Shown piece after piece: positions 1 to 11,824 of a DNA stretch of 64,000 bases. A program made the translations under genes and the position numbers. Source of the stretch: an uncultured Acidimicrobiaceae bacterium (GTDB lineage: Bacteria > Actinomycetota > Acidimicrobiia > Acidimicrobiales > RAAP-2); the NCBI GenBank assembly GCA_963827115.1, contig CAWGZS010000002.1:47323-111322 (forward strand), given 5' to 3'. The notes beneath the pieces are model-generated. The model saw only the letters and a program-made list of their open reading frames with translations, was not told the origin of the DNA and ran no database searches. Position 1 is the stretch's first letter. Each line of letters opens with the position of its first letter.

Positions 1-2
1 TC

Positions 3-131
3 GACGCGATGTGCGCCGTGCTGGCCGAGCGCGGCGTGGCGCTGCTCAACGGACCGGTCGACCGGCCGTGGGGAATCCGCACGGCGAGCTTCATGGATCC
101 CGGCGGCCACATCTGGGAGATCGCCCACTGA
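3..131 (+). CDS. C-terminal fragment of a VOC/glyoxalase-family protein (5' end outside window)
   Basis: My translation of the frame ending at TGA 129-131 gives ...LLNGPVDRPWGIRTASFMDPGGHIWEIAH. This resembles the C-terminal strand pattern of glyoxalase/bleomycin-resistance proteins. Only 42 codons are visible. Confidence 0.45.
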   Translation, partial: DAMCAVLAERGVALLNGPVDRPWGIRTASFMDPGGHIWEIAH

Positions 132-219
132 CCGTGCGCGACTGCACCGATATAGTCTCTTGAAGTTGCGGGCAATCACCAGGGATTAGTCGCAACATCA
201 CCGTCACGGAGGAGTGCCT

Positions 220-645
220 ATGTTCGAGAGGGTCCTAGTCGGAGCCGACAACTCTCCCACCGCGAAGCGGGCCATCGAGGAAGCGGCGAAGCTGGCCCTC
301 ATGTCGGGAGGAAGCCTTCATCTGGTGACGGCCTTCTCGGCGAAGACCCTCAATGATCCGTCGCTACCCGCCGAGTACAACAACTCCTCCAACGAGGGCG
401 ACGCCGAGGCCAACCTGCAAGTCCTCTCGTTCATCGCGAAGAACCTCGGCGTGGAGCCGATCCTGCACCTGGCCCCGGGAGACCCGGCCGAGGTCATCAT
501 CGAAACCGCCAACAAGATCGACGCCGACCTTATCGTGGTCGGCAATCGCGGGATGAAAGGCGCCCGGCGAGCGTTAGGCAGCGTGCCGAACTCCGTCGCC
601 CACGGCGCCAACTGCTCGGTCGCCATCATCGACACCACCGAGTAG
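220..645 (+). CDS. universal stress protein (UspA family)
   Basis: Track ORF 214-645. VLVGADNSPTAKRAIEEA...LIVVGNRGMKGARRALGSVPNSVAHGANCSVAIID is a full USP fold with the glycine-rich ATP motif. GGAGGA at 208-213 favours ATG 220 over GTG 214. Confidence 0.85.
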   Translation: MFERVLVGADNSPTAKRAIEEAAKLALMSGGSLHLVTAFSAKTLNDPSLPAEYNNSSNEGDAEANLQVLSFIAKNLGVEPILHLAPGDPAEVIIETANKIDADLIVVGNRGMKGARRALGSVPNSVAHGANCSVAIIDTTE

Positions 646-682
646 CCAGCCGCCCGTCGATCCGAGACACCGGTCCACGCCG

Positions 683-1873
683 ATGCGAACGCGACCCGAC
701 GATTCCCTGTCCGCCCGCGAAGCAACCCGAATCGCGCTGTACGCGCAGGGCCTGCGAGGGGCGCGACCACGAGGCGGACCCTCGGCCTTGGTGCACCGGT
801 TGCGCGGCGTGCAGATCGACACTATCTCGGTGCTGGCGCGGTCGCACGAGCTCGTGGCGTACGCCCGCCTAGGCGCGATACCGAGGCGGCAGATCGAGGC
901 CGCTTACTGGGGACCCCACAGCGACACGTTCGAGTACTGGTCGCACGCCGCCTGCGTGGTGCCCATGGAACTGTGGCCCGCCTTCGCGGCGCAGCGCCGG
1001 GCCCGCACGAAAAAGGGGTTTCGCTGGCATCAGCTCCAGGACCATCGCCGCAGCTGCGCCCAGGTAGAGCGCGAATTACGTGAGCGCGGGCCGTTGACGG
1101 CGCGCGAACTCGGCGGCGCGAAGAAAGGCAACGAGTGGTGGGACTGGTCCGAGGTCAAGATCGCGGCCGAATGGCTGCTCGACATCGGCACCGTCGTGAG
1201 CCGCGAGCGTCGTGGGTTCGAACGCGTCTACGACCTCGCCGAAAGGGTCATCGAGCCCGAGCTTCGTCACTTCCAGCTCGATGACGAGGCCTGCGCGATC
1301 GAGCTGGTCGAGTCCGCGGGCCGGGCCATGGGCGTGGCCACCATCGCCGACCTCGCGGCCTATCACGGCATGCGTTCGACGATGGTGCGCGACGTCGTCT
1401 CCTCGACGTCGCTGCGGCCGGGTCGAATCGAGGGGTGGCGCGACGTCGCGTACTTATCTACAACCGCCGAAGAGGGGCTCACGCCCGGTCTGCGGGGCCG
1501 CTCGGTCCTCTTGTCACCTTTTGACTCGTTGCTCTGGGATCGAGCCCGGCTGCAGCGGCTCTTCGGCCTCGCCTACCGCCTGGAGGCCTACGTCCCCGCC
1601 AAGAAAAGGGTCGTCGGATACTTCGCCATGCCCGTGCTCAGCGGCGACCGGCTGGTCGGTCTCGTCGACCCCAAACGAAACGGCTCCACGCTGCACGCGC
1701 GACACGTTGTCGTGCACGAACCCCGCGCCATGAACCAGATCGCCGGGGCATTGCACGAGGCGGCCGCGTGGGTGAAGTGCGAGCGCGTCGTCGTCGACCG
1801 GGTCACACCGGACTCCCTGGGCCCCGCTCTCCTCGGCGCCCTCGCGGCTACATCGTCATCCGAGCCGGTGTGA
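683..1873 (+). CDS. winged-helix DNA glycosylase-like protein (YcaQ/AlkZ family, DUF1006)
   Basis: 396 aa ORF. The N-terminal ...ALYAQGL...VHRLRGVQIDTISVLARSHELVAYARL and the C-terminal GYFAMPVL...LVGLVDPK blocks match my recollection of the YcaQ family. Confidence 0.75.
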   Translation: MRTRPDDSLSAREATRIALYAQGLRGARPRGGPSALVHRLRGVQIDTISVLARSHELVAYARLGAIPRRQIEAAYWGPHSDTFEYWSHAACVVPMELWPAFAAQRRARTKKGFRWHQLQDHRRSCAQVERELRERGPLTARELGGAKKGNEWWDWSEVKIAAEWLLDIGTVVSRERRGFERVYDLAERVIEPELRHFQLDDEACAIELVESAGRAMGVATIADLAAYHGMRSTMVRDVVSSTSLRPGRIEGWRDVAYLSTTAEEGLTPGLRGRSVLLSPFDSLLWDRARLQRLFGLAYRLEAYVPAKKRVVGYFAMPVLSGDRLVGLVDPKRNGSTLHARHVVVHEPRAMNQIAGALHEAAAWVKCERVVVDRVTPDSLGPALLGALAATSSSEPV

Positions 1874-2875
1874 GGAGAAGAAGGACCACATCAGGGCGTT
1901 CGCGCTGACGGCGTCGGACTGAGGACCTAGGAGGCCGGTGATGGAGGAGGGCATCGTCGGACCACCGGGCCATTCGTGACCTTCGCCAGTTATCTCGTAG
2001 AGCTCGACCTGGGCCCCCTTCGCGCACTTGGAGTAAGTGCTGAGTACCACGTCGGTCGATGTTGTGGTGGTGGGTGACGATGAACAGTGGTCTTGTGCGG
2101 CCCACTCCTTGGCGGCGGTACTCACCGAGTACGTCCAATAGGCCTCACCATGCCCGCCGAAGGGGTCGACGTGGTCATCCGAGCCGTGGAAGCTGATCAC
2201 CGGCACCGCCCGCTTCGCGGGGCACGGTGTGGGGTGACGCAGACCGCTGACCGGGGCCACCGCCGCGAAGATCGTGGATTCGTCACAGGCCAATTGGCTG
2301 ACCATGCGCGCGCCGCCGGAGAAGCCGGTGGCGTAGACGGCCGACGGGTTCACGCAGTACGTGTGCTCCAGTACCCCCACCAGCGACGTGAGGAATTTGA
2401 CGTCGTTGGCTGATCCCTTGGGCACCGCGCGGCCGCCAACCAACGGCTGTCCCGGTACGTTCCAATCGAAGCCGGTGCCGTCAGGGATGAGTCCCTGCGG
2501 ATAGGCCACGATGAAATCGTTCTCGTTGGCACTCACGTCCATGTCGCTGAAGACGTCCTGATCCGCCGCCGTGGCGCCGCTGCCGTGAAGGTTGAGCACG
2601 AGGGGCAACTTCGTCCTATTGGTGTAGCCGACCGGGACGTGCACGATCACCGTTCGCAAGAAGCCGTTGATCTTGAATTGGGAGATCGCCGTCCCCGGCG
2701 ACGACCCCGCGCATCCCGAGGTCGCGGCCTTGGCGCTTGGTGCGCCGAGCGCGGGTTCGGCGCCGCCTAGGTTCGCCAGGGCCACGCCGAGGACGATAAG
2801 TCCCGACGCGACCAGACTCGTGTGCCTTCGCCACTTGGAACTCCCCATAGTGCCATTGAACATCATCGGCTCCAT
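1856..2875 (-). CDS. secreted esterase, PHB-depolymerase/feruloyl-esterase family
   Basis: 339 aa with an N-terminal signal-like segment (KWRRHTSLVASGLIVLGVALA). It carries LVLNLHGSG and a nucleophile-elbow-like GFSGGA motif. It converges on the YcaQ gene with an 18-nt overlap. Confidence 0.7.
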   Translation of the reverse strand: MEPMMFNGTMGSSKWRRHTSLVASGLIVLGVALANLGGAEPALGAPSAKAATSGCAGSSPGTAISQFKINGFLRTVIVHVPVGYTNRTKLPLVLNLHGSGATAADQDVFSDMDVSANENDFIVAYPQGLIPDGTGFDWNVPGQPLVGGRAVPKGSANDVKFLTSLVGVLEHTYCVNPSAVYATGFSGGARMVSQLACDESTIFAAVAPVSGLRHPTPCPAKRAVPVISFHGSDDHVDPFGGHGEAYWTYSVSTAAKEWAAQDHCSSSPTTTTSTDVVLSTYSKCAKGAQVELYEITGEGHEWPGGPTMPSSITGLLGPQSDAVSANALMWSFFSSHRLG

Positions 2876-2960
2876 TCGTCTGGCTCTCTCGTTGTACGCA
2901 ACAGTGTTGCATAAGGCGCGTAACTATGCAACCACTTTGCGCAAAGGCTACGCTGGACCC

Positions 2961-3329
2961 ATGCACGACGAGCCGAATCTCTTTGGGGATTTGCTGGCGT
3001 TGGCCCGCCTTCAGTGGGTCCGGGAGATGGCCCGTCGGCTCGAGGGACAGGGATTCGACGACTATCGCCGCAGCGACGCGATAGCCCTGCGTTGGCTCAA
3101 CCAGGGCCCGATGCCCTTGGGAGAGCTGGCGGGCACCCTCGGCGTCACGCGCCAGGCCTCGCGAAAGGTCGTCGACGGCCTCGTCTCGCGTGGCTACTCG
3201 TTGATCGAGCGTGATCGACACGACGCCCGGCGACTCAACGTGCAACTGACCGAGCTCGGAACGCTCTACGCCCGGGCGGTCATCGACACCATCGAGGAGC
3301 TCAACGCGGCAGATCGACCAACGCACTGA
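2961..3329 (+). CDS. MarR-family transcriptional regulator
   Basis: Track ORF 2667-3329 trimmed to ATG 2961, because the upstream part overlaps the divergent esterase gene. It has the MarR-type winged helix LGELAGTLGVTRQASRKVVDGLVSRGYSLIERDRHDARRLNVQLTELG. Confidence 0.75.
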   Translation: MHDEPNLFGDLLALARLQWVREMARRLEGQGFDDYRRSDAIALRWLNQGPMPLGELAGTLGVTRQASRKVVDGLVSRGYSLIERDRHDARRLNVQLTELGTLYARAVIDTIEELNAADRPTH

Positions 3330-3446
3330 TCCCTACGACATGGCGATCGTAAAGTCAGTCCTACGCAGCGTGTCTACGCTCTATGGGAATGCGTAAGCGA
3401 GTCACTCCTGCCTGAGAGTCCCCCTCTCGACCACCGGGACGCCCGG

Positions 3447-4433
3447 GTGCGCAGGATCCTCACCACGTTGGGCAAGACCGACCTCGACCACGTCGACGTC
3501 GCGGAGGGGTTGAACCTGGGGCGAGTCAGCATCGTCCACGGCGCCCACGCGCAGGTCATCTGGTGCGACGCCGGAGGCCACGAGAAGACCTCGTCGTGCC
3601 AGTACGCCACCAATCTCAACCTGCGCCCCGTGGCGGGCGACTGGGTCGCCCTGCGTGACCGCTACATCGTCGAGGTCCTAGAGCGACGCAACTCCCTGCG
3701 CCGGCCGCACCCCAACCTACGCGACGTCCAAGTGCTGGCGGCGAACCTGGACCTCGTGCTGCTGGTCGTGCCCATCGACCGCGGTCTCAACGTGCGAATG
3801 CTCGAACGCTTCGCGGTCATGGCCTTCGACAGCGGCGCGCGCCCACTGGTCGTCCTCACCAAGGCCGACGAGACGAGCGACGCCGACGCGGTGGAGGCCC
3901 AGACGGCGCTGACGGTCCCCGGCGTCGAGGTGCTGATCACGAGCTCGCGCAGTGGCGAGGGCATCGAGCGCCTGCGCGAGCTGCTGCACGAAGGGGTCAC
4001 CGCGGTGATGCTCGGCGCGTCGGGAGCCGGCAAGACCTCGTTGCTCAACGTCCTCGAAGGGAGCAACGAGGCGACGCTGAGCGTGGGCTCAAGCGGGGAG
4101 GGTCGTCACGCGACCACCACCCGCAAGCTCTATCGACTCTCGAGCGGTGGCGTGCTGCTCGACATACCCGGCATCCGGCTGGTCGACCTCATGAGCGGGC
4201 AAGAGGGGGTGCAGGAGACCTTCAGCGACATCGCCGAAATCGCTCAGCGATGTCGGTTCAGGGATTGCCGTCACGACGGCGACGAAGGGTGCGCGGTCCA
4301 GGCCGCCGTGGACGCCGGTGAACTGCCGGCCAGCCGCCTGGAGAATTGGCGATTGATCCAGGCTCAATTGACGAGTGGCTCGCGCCGTCGAGATCCGTCC
4401 ACTCAGGCGGCCAAGCGGCGCCGGCGCCCGTAG
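3447..4433 (+). CDS. rsgA: ribosome small-subunit-dependent GTPase A
   Basis: Shows the circularly permuted GTPase order (LTKAD before GASGAGKTSLLN). The C-terminal zinc knuckle CRFRDCRHDGDEGCAV is typical of RsgA. Confidence 0.9.
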   Translation: MRRILTTLGKTDLDHVDVAEGLNLGRVSIVHGAHAQVIWCDAGGHEKTSSCQYATNLNLRPVAGDWVALRDRYIVEVLERRNSLRRPHPNLRDVQVLAANLDLVLLVVPIDRGLNVRMLERFAVMAFDSGARPLVVLTKADETSDADAVEAQTALTVPGVEVLITSSRSGEGIERLRELLHEGVTAVMLGASGAGKTSLLNVLEGSNEATLSVGSSGEGRHATTTRKLYRLSSGGVLLDIPGIRLVDLMSGQEGVQETFSDIAEIAQRCRFRDCRHDGDEGCAVQAAVDAGELPASRLENWRLIQAQLTSGSRRRDPSTQAAKRRRRP

Positions 4434-4448
4434 TCCGCAGGTCAGCGC

Positions 4449-6047
4449 CTACCGGCGTTCGATGAGGTCCATGTAGTCGTCGCGCCAGAGGTCGAAGTAT
4501 TCCTCGGGCAACAACACGGCGTGGGTGGGGTTGAGCGCCTCGACGAAAGGGCGCTCGTGACTCACCGCCACGATCGTGCCCTTCCATTGGTGCATCATCA
4601 CCCCCAGCGCCTCGACGCTCGCGGGATCAAGGTTGTTGGTGGGCTCGTCGAGCAACAAGAGGTTGGCGTCGGAGGCCGCCAGGATGGCGATGGCCAGCTT
4701 GGCCCGCTCACCTCCCGACAGCGTCGACGGCATCTGGTGCGCCGCGGAACCCTTGAGGCCAAAGGCACCGAGCAGCGCGCGCCGCTGCACCTCGGTGACG
4801 ACGGTGGCGTTGTCGAGATGACTCAACACGCTCTTAGAGAAATCGAGCTGCTCGTGCTCCTGCGCGAAGTAGCCGACCGTGACATTGGCGCCGAACTTCA
4901 CCACGCCGGTCTGCGCCTTCTGGGTCCCCGCGAGACAGCGCAGCAGTGACGACTTCCCCGCGCCGTTCTTTCCGACGATGAGGATTCGATCCCCGCGGCG
5001 CGTGATGAAGTTCACGTCGCGCAGCACCTCGACCGAACCGTAACGAACCGCGACGTGCTCTACCGTCATCGGAACGTCGCCGCTGCGCGGAGGATGCGGC
5101 AACTTGAAGACGACCTTGCGCTCTTTCTTGGTCACCTCGACGTGGCTGTCCTGGAGTTTCTCGACCTTGCGGTCGAGCACCTTGGCCAGGCGCGCCCGCT
5201 TCTCGGTCTGGCCTCGCATGCTGTCGGCCAGCGTCTTCATGCGCGCGATCTGCTCGTCCTGGTGGGCGCCAAGCTTCTCCTCGCTGAGGCGCCGCGCCTC
5301 CTCCTGCTGGAGGAACTTGGTGTAGTTGCCTTTGTACTCTCGCATCTGACCATCGCGCAGCGCGAGCACTCGATCGATGGACTTGTCCAGTAGGGGCAGG
5401 TCGTGGCTAATCACCAGCACCGTGCCGCGGAACTGCTCCAGCTCTTCGAAGAGCCAGCCCTTGGCCGCCTTGTCGAGATGGTTCGTCGGTTCGTCGAGCA
5501 CCATGGTCTCAGGCTGCTCGTAGAGCACCCGCATGAGGTCGACGCGTCGACGCTGTCCACCCGACAACGAATCCAGGTCCTCGAGCAGCAACTGTTCGGG
5601 CAGTCCGAGGCCGTCGGCGAGTCGTGCCACTTCGGACTCCGCCTCGTAGCCTCCCCGCTCCCGGAACGTCTCCTCGAGGCTGGTGAAGCGCTCGATCGTC
5701 TCCTCCGTCGGCTCCGCCGCGAGGGCGTGACGGGCGTGCTGCATGTCGGCGTCGATCTGATCGAGACCTCGGGCCGAGAGGACGTGCGACAGCCCGATCG
5801 GCTCCACGCCCAATCCACCGACGACCGGCTCCTGGGGCAAATGGCTGAGGGTGCCCTGATGTTGCACGGTGCCGGTGATGCGAAGGTGCTCCGGTGTCTG
5901 GCCGAGCAGCACGGCGAGCAGCGTCGACTTACCGGCGCCGTTGCGACCGACGAGACCGACCTTCTCGCCGTTACCGACCGTGAACGACACGGGGCTCAAT
6001 ATGCGGCGTGCGCCAATCTCTATACCCAAATCCCGGACTATGAGCAT
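4449..6047 (-). CDS. ABC-F family ATPase (two ABC cassettes, no membrane domain)
   Basis: 532 aa with two Walker A motifs (GRNGAGKST, GKNGAGKSS), two LSGG signatures and a charged inter-domain linker. This is the ABC-F architecture. Confidence 0.9.
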   Translation of the reverse strand: MLIVRDLGIEIGARRILSPVSFTVGNGEKVGLVGRNGAGKSTLLAVLLGQTPEHLRITGTVQHQGTLSHLPQEPVVGGLGVEPIGLSHVLSARGLDQIDADMQHARHALAAEPTEETIERFTSLEETFRERGGYEAESEVARLADGLGLPEQLLLEDLDSLSGGQRRRVDLMRVLYEQPETMVLDEPTNHLDKAAKGWLFEELEQFRGTVLVISHDLPLLDKSIDRVLALRDGQMREYKGNYTKFLQQEEARRLSEEKLGAHQDEQIARMKTLADSMRGQTEKRARLAKVLDRKVEKLQDSHVEVTKKERKVVFKLPHPPRSGDVPMTVEHVAVRYGSVEVLRDVNFITRRGDRILIVGKNGAGKSSLLRCLAGTQKAQTGVVKFGANVTVGYFAQEHEQLDFSKSVLSHLDNATVVTEVQRRALLGAFGLKGSAAHQMPSTLSGGERAKLAIAILAASDANLLLLDEPTNNLDPASVEALGVMMHQWKGTIVAVSHERPFVEALNPTHAVLLPEEYFDLWRDDYMDLIERR

Positions 6048-6318
6048 TTAGAGCCTCAGGAGCTCGGTGGTGACTGTCAGTTCCTCCGGAAACCACTGGG
6101 GCGCCGGGACGTTAAGCGTCAAAGTAACTGCTTCGAGGGCCCCGTGACGGCCGACATCAAACCATCGTTCGAGACCCGTCGCCCCCACCGGGCGACGTGG
6201 CGGTGTCGCGGCGATGGGAGACGTCATAACCACCATGATACGGCGGCCCGCCGCGGCATCCTTCACGGCGTACGCCCGGCCCTTCGATGCGGGGCCCGGA
6301 TTGTGCCACGATGGTCGC

Positions 6319-6960
6319 GTGAGCCCGGCCCTCGTGATCGACGTGTGGAGCGACGTCGTCTGCCCCTTCTGCTATCTCGGCTCGAGGCAGCTCGAGGTCG
6401 CCCTCCAGGGCTTCGAGCACCGCGATGAGGTCACCATTCGTCAGAGGGCCTTCGAGCTTGACCCCAACGCGGCCCCCAACTACGACCTCACCCTCGATGA
6501 GTTGTTGGCCGCCAAGTACGGAATGCCGCTCGAACGGGCCCGCTCGCTCAATCAGAGCATGCAGAACGACGCGGCGGCGCTGGGCATGACGTGGTCCATG
6601 GACCGCGCGCGGCCGTCGAACACCTTCGACGCCCATCGCATGATCGCCCTCGCGTCGACCCAGGGGCTTCAAGAGCAGATGAGTCAGCGACTCTTCCTCG
6701 CCTACTTCAGCGAAGGTCAACTCCTGAGCGACCGCGACACGCTCGAGACACTGGCGAACGAGATCGGCCTAAACGGGGCCGATGAACTGTGGCACGGCGA
6801 CGATTTCTCCCAGGACGTGCGCGCCGACGAGCTACGGGCCCAGGAGCTCGGCATCTCAGGCGTCCCGACCTTTCTGCTCGACGAGAAATTCATGGTGGTC
6901 GGGGCGCAGGGTCCCGACAAGATCCTCGACGCCCTGACGAGGGCGTGGGAGAGGCACTAG
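6319..6960 (+). CDS. DsbA-family thiol:disulfide oxidoreductase (FrnE-like)
   Basis: Track ORF 6214-6960 trimmed to GTG 6319. VIDVWSDVVCPFCYLG carries the CPFC active site at the expected N-terminal position, and the C-terminus has GISGVPTFLLD. Confidence 0.8.
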   Translation: MSPALVIDVWSDVVCPFCYLGSRQLEVALQGFEHRDEVTIRQRAFELDPNAAPNYDLTLDELLAAKYGMPLERARSLNQSMQNDAAALGMTWSMDRARPSNTFDAHRMIALASTQGLQEQMSQRLFLAYFSEGQLLSDRDTLETLANEIGLNGADELWHGDDFSQDVRADELRAQELGISGVPTFLLDEKFMVVGAQGPDKILDALTRAWERH

Positions 6961-6961
6961 G

Positions 6962-9439
6962 TCAGTCTTCGGGCTCCGCCGGCACGACCGCGGCCGTCGC
7001 CACCGTATGGCCCTCGTCGAGGTTCATAACCCGCACGCCCGTCGCGTCACGCCCCTGCGAGGAGACCTCGCGCACGGGGGTTCGGATAAGCACGCCGCCG
7101 CTCGATGCCAGGAGCAGTTCGTCGCCCAGTTCGGCCATGAAGGCGGCGACAACAAATCCCCGGGCGGCCGTGAGTTTGATCGCCCGCACGCCCAATCCCC
7201 CGCGTCCTTGCCGGTTGAAGCGTTCCGTCTTCACGCGCTTGCCGAAACCGGTGTCGGTCACCAGGAAAAGATCCGCACCCTCTCGCACCACGTCCAGCGA
7301 AATGGCCTTGTCGTCGTCCCGAAGTTTGATGCCGCGCACGCCGGTTGAATCGCGACCGACCTCGCGAACCTCCTCCTCGTTGAAGCGGATCGACATGCCG
7401 CGGAAGGTGACGAGCATGAGGTCGTCGTTCCCGCTGGTCGCCACCACGCGCACCACCTCGTCGCCGTCGCGCAGCTTGATCGCGATCCAACCCTCGCGAC
7501 GAGACTTGTCGTACTCGCTGAACGCGGTCTTCTTCACCGTGCCGTCAGCGGTGGCGAACACGAGGAACTCGTCGTCGGGGAAGTCCTTGGTGGTGACGAT
7601 CGCCTGAATCGATTCGCCCGGCTGGAGGTTCAAGAGGTTGACCACCGCCGTGCCCTTGGCCGTGCGCTCCTTCATCGGGATCTCGTGGCCGCGCAAGCGA
7701 AACACGCGTCCGCGGTTCGAGAACAGCAGCACGTACGCGTGCGTCGTGGTGTGGATGATCTGTTCGACGAAGTCCTCGTCGCGCAGCTTCGCGCCCTGCA
7801 CGCCCCGACCTCCGCGCCCCTGGACCCGGAACGCGTCCGCGGCGACCGACTTCACGTAGCCGGCCTGGGTCATGGTAATGACGATGTCCTCGTCCTTGAT
7901 GAGATCCTCGACGCCCAGCTCGCCCGGGTCGTTCACGATCTCGGTGACGCGGTCGTTCGAATACTTATTCCTGATGACCGTGAGCTCCTCGGCGATCACC
8001 GCGCGCAACTTCTCGTCGCTGGCGAGGATGGCCTGCAGCTCCGCGATGGTCTCGCGCAGCTTCGCCATCTCCTCCTCCAACTCGCTGCGACCGAGTCGCG
8101 TGAGACGCCCGAGGGTCATGTCCAGGATGTGGTTGGCCTGCTCCTCCGAGAACTCGAAGGGGGCGGCCATGAGCGCCGTCCGAGCGGCCGGTCGGTCGTC
8201 GGATCCCCGAATGGTCGCGATGACCTGATCGAGCATGTCGATGGCCTTGAGCAGACCTTCGACGATGTGCGCCCGCGCTTCGGCCTTGCGCAGTCGGAAC
8301 TGCGTACGACGGGTCACCACCTCGACCTGATGCGCGATGTAGTGCGACAGCGCCTGGACCAACGACAGCGTCCGCGGCACCCCGTCGACCAGGGCCAGCA
8401 TGTTCACCGCGAAGGTGGTCTGGAGGGACGTGTTCTTGTAGAGCTTGTTGAGGACCACGTTCGCGTTGGCGTCGCGCTTGAGGCGGATGACCAGTCGCGC
8501 CTGACGTCCCGCGGAGTCGTTCTGCACCGCCGAGATCCCGTCAAGATCGCCGTTCTTCACCAGGTCGTAGATCTTCTCCTCGATGGCCTCGACGGACACC
8601 TCGTAGGGGAACTCGGTCACCACGATGCGTACGTCGTTTCGCACTTCCTCGATCTCGGCGACCGCGCGCATCTTTATCGAACCCCGTCCGGTTCGGTACG
8701 CGTCGAGAATGCCCTGGCGTCCGAGGATCTGGGCACCGGTGGGGAAATCGGGTCCGCGAACGAAGTTCATAAGGTCGTCGGACGTGGCGGCCGGATGGGC
8801 CAGCAGGTGCAGCGTGGCGTCGATGACCTCACCCAGGTTGTGGGGCGGGATCTTGGTAGCCATTCCCACCGCGATGCCCTGCGATCCGTTGACCAACAGG
8901 TTGGGATAGCGAGACGGCAGCACCGTGGGCTGCTGGGTGGTGTTGTCGTAGTTCGGCTCGAAGTCGACCGTCTCCTCGTCGATGGAGTCGAGCATCTCGA
9001 GCGCCAGAGGCGCCAACCGACATTCGGTGTAACGCATCGCCGCGGCGCCTTCGTCAGGACCGGTGCCTCCGAAGTTTCCGTGACCACTGATGAGCGGGTG
9101 ACGCATCGCGAAGTCCTGCACCATGCGCACGAGCGCGTCGTAGATGGCGCTGTCGCCGTGGGGGTGATAGGTGCCCATCACCGAGCCGACCACGCTCGCG
9201 CACTTCGAATAGGGCCGGTCAGGGCGCAGGCCCTGGTCGAACATCGAGTAAAGGATTCGCCGGTGCACCGGCTTGAGGCCGTCGCGGGCGTCGGGCAAGG
9301 CCCGCGACACGATGACCGACATGGAATACTCGAGAAACGACCGCTCCATCTCCAGGTTGATCTCGATCGGCTCGATGTAGCCGATCACCTCCTCCAAGGG
9401 AGGCACGGTGCCGTCGCCGGAATTTGTCTTGCGTGCCAT
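6962..9439 (-). CDS. gyrA: DNA gyrase subunit A
   Basis: 825 aa. Contains the AMRYTE active-site tyrosine motif, the DGLKPVHRR and YHPHGD blocks, and C-terminal beta-pinwheel repeats. It lies 12 nt downstream of gyrB. Confidence 0.97.
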   Translation of the reverse strand: MARKTNSGDGTVPPLEEVIGYIEPIEINLEMERSFLEYSMSVIVSRALPDARDGLKPVHRRILYSMFDQGLRPDRPYSKCASVVGSVMGTYHPHGDSAIYDALVRMVQDFAMRHPLISGHGNFGGTGPDEGAAAMRYTECRLAPLALEMLDSIDEETVDFEPNYDNTTQQPTVLPSRYPNLLVNGSQGIAVGMATKIPPHNLGEVIDATLHLLAHPAATSDDLMNFVRGPDFPTGAQILGRQGILDAYRTGRGSIKMRAVAEIEEVRNDVRIVVTEFPYEVSVEAIEEKIYDLVKNGDLDGISAVQNDSAGRQARLVIRLKRDANANVVLNKLYKNTSLQTTFAVNMLALVDGVPRTLSLVQALSHYIAHQVEVVTRRTQFRLRKAEARAHIVEGLLKAIDMLDQVIATIRGSDDRPAARTALMAAPFEFSEEQANHILDMTLGRLTRLGRSELEEEMAKLRETIAELQAILASDEKLRAVIAEELTVIRNKYSNDRVTEIVNDPGELGVEDLIKDEDIVITMTQAGYVKSVAADAFRVQGRGGRGVQGAKLRDEDFVEQIIHTTTHAYVLLFSNRGRVFRLRGHEIPMKERTAKGTAVVNLLNLQPGESIQAIVTTKDFPDDEFLVFATADGTVKKTAFSEYDKSRREGWIAIKLRDGDEVVRVVATSGNDDLMLVTFRGMSIRFNEEEVREVGRDSTGVRGIKLRDDDKAISLDVVREGADLFLVTDTGFGKRVKTERFNRQGRGGLGVRAIKLTAARGFVVAAFMAELGDELLLASSGGVLIRTPVREVSSQGRDATGVRVMNLDEGHTVATAAVVPAEPED

Positions 9440-9451
9440 GGCTCTCCCGTC

Positions 9452-11518
<2,067 letters not shown>

Positions 11519-11824
11519 TTACGAGTCTTTCAGCACCGTTCTCACCGAGGTTGGAGCACGCCCGCCGAGCGACGCAAAACCGGCCACGATGGCCGCGGCA
11601 TCCGAGGACACGCGTTGCGCAAATGCGCCCGACGGAACACTCACGAGAAGCACGCCGTTCTTCACGAACTCGGGTCGGCAATGCTCCGCGATGACCGGGT
11701 CGACGACGCTGGGCCACATGGTTCGGATCTCGTCGATCAGGCGAAGGTCGACCTTTCGCAGCCGTCCCGCCATCACGTCGAGCAGTTCCGCGAGCCCTTT
11801 GGGTTGATCGTCATGGCGGCTCAT
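11519..11824 (-). CDS. DUF721-domain protein (DciA-like; positional equivalent of M. tuberculosis Rv0004)
   Basis: 101 aa ORF between recF and gyrB. Its ATG overlaps the recF stop (ATGA). The position and size match the actinobacterial DUF721/DciA gene; the call rests mainly on synteny. Confidence 0.65.
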   Translation of the reverse strand: MSRHDDQPKGLAELLDVMAGRLRKVDLRLIDEIRTMWPSVVDPVIAEHCRPEFVKNGVLLVSVPSGAFAQRVSSDAAAIVAGFASLGGRAPTSVRTVLKDS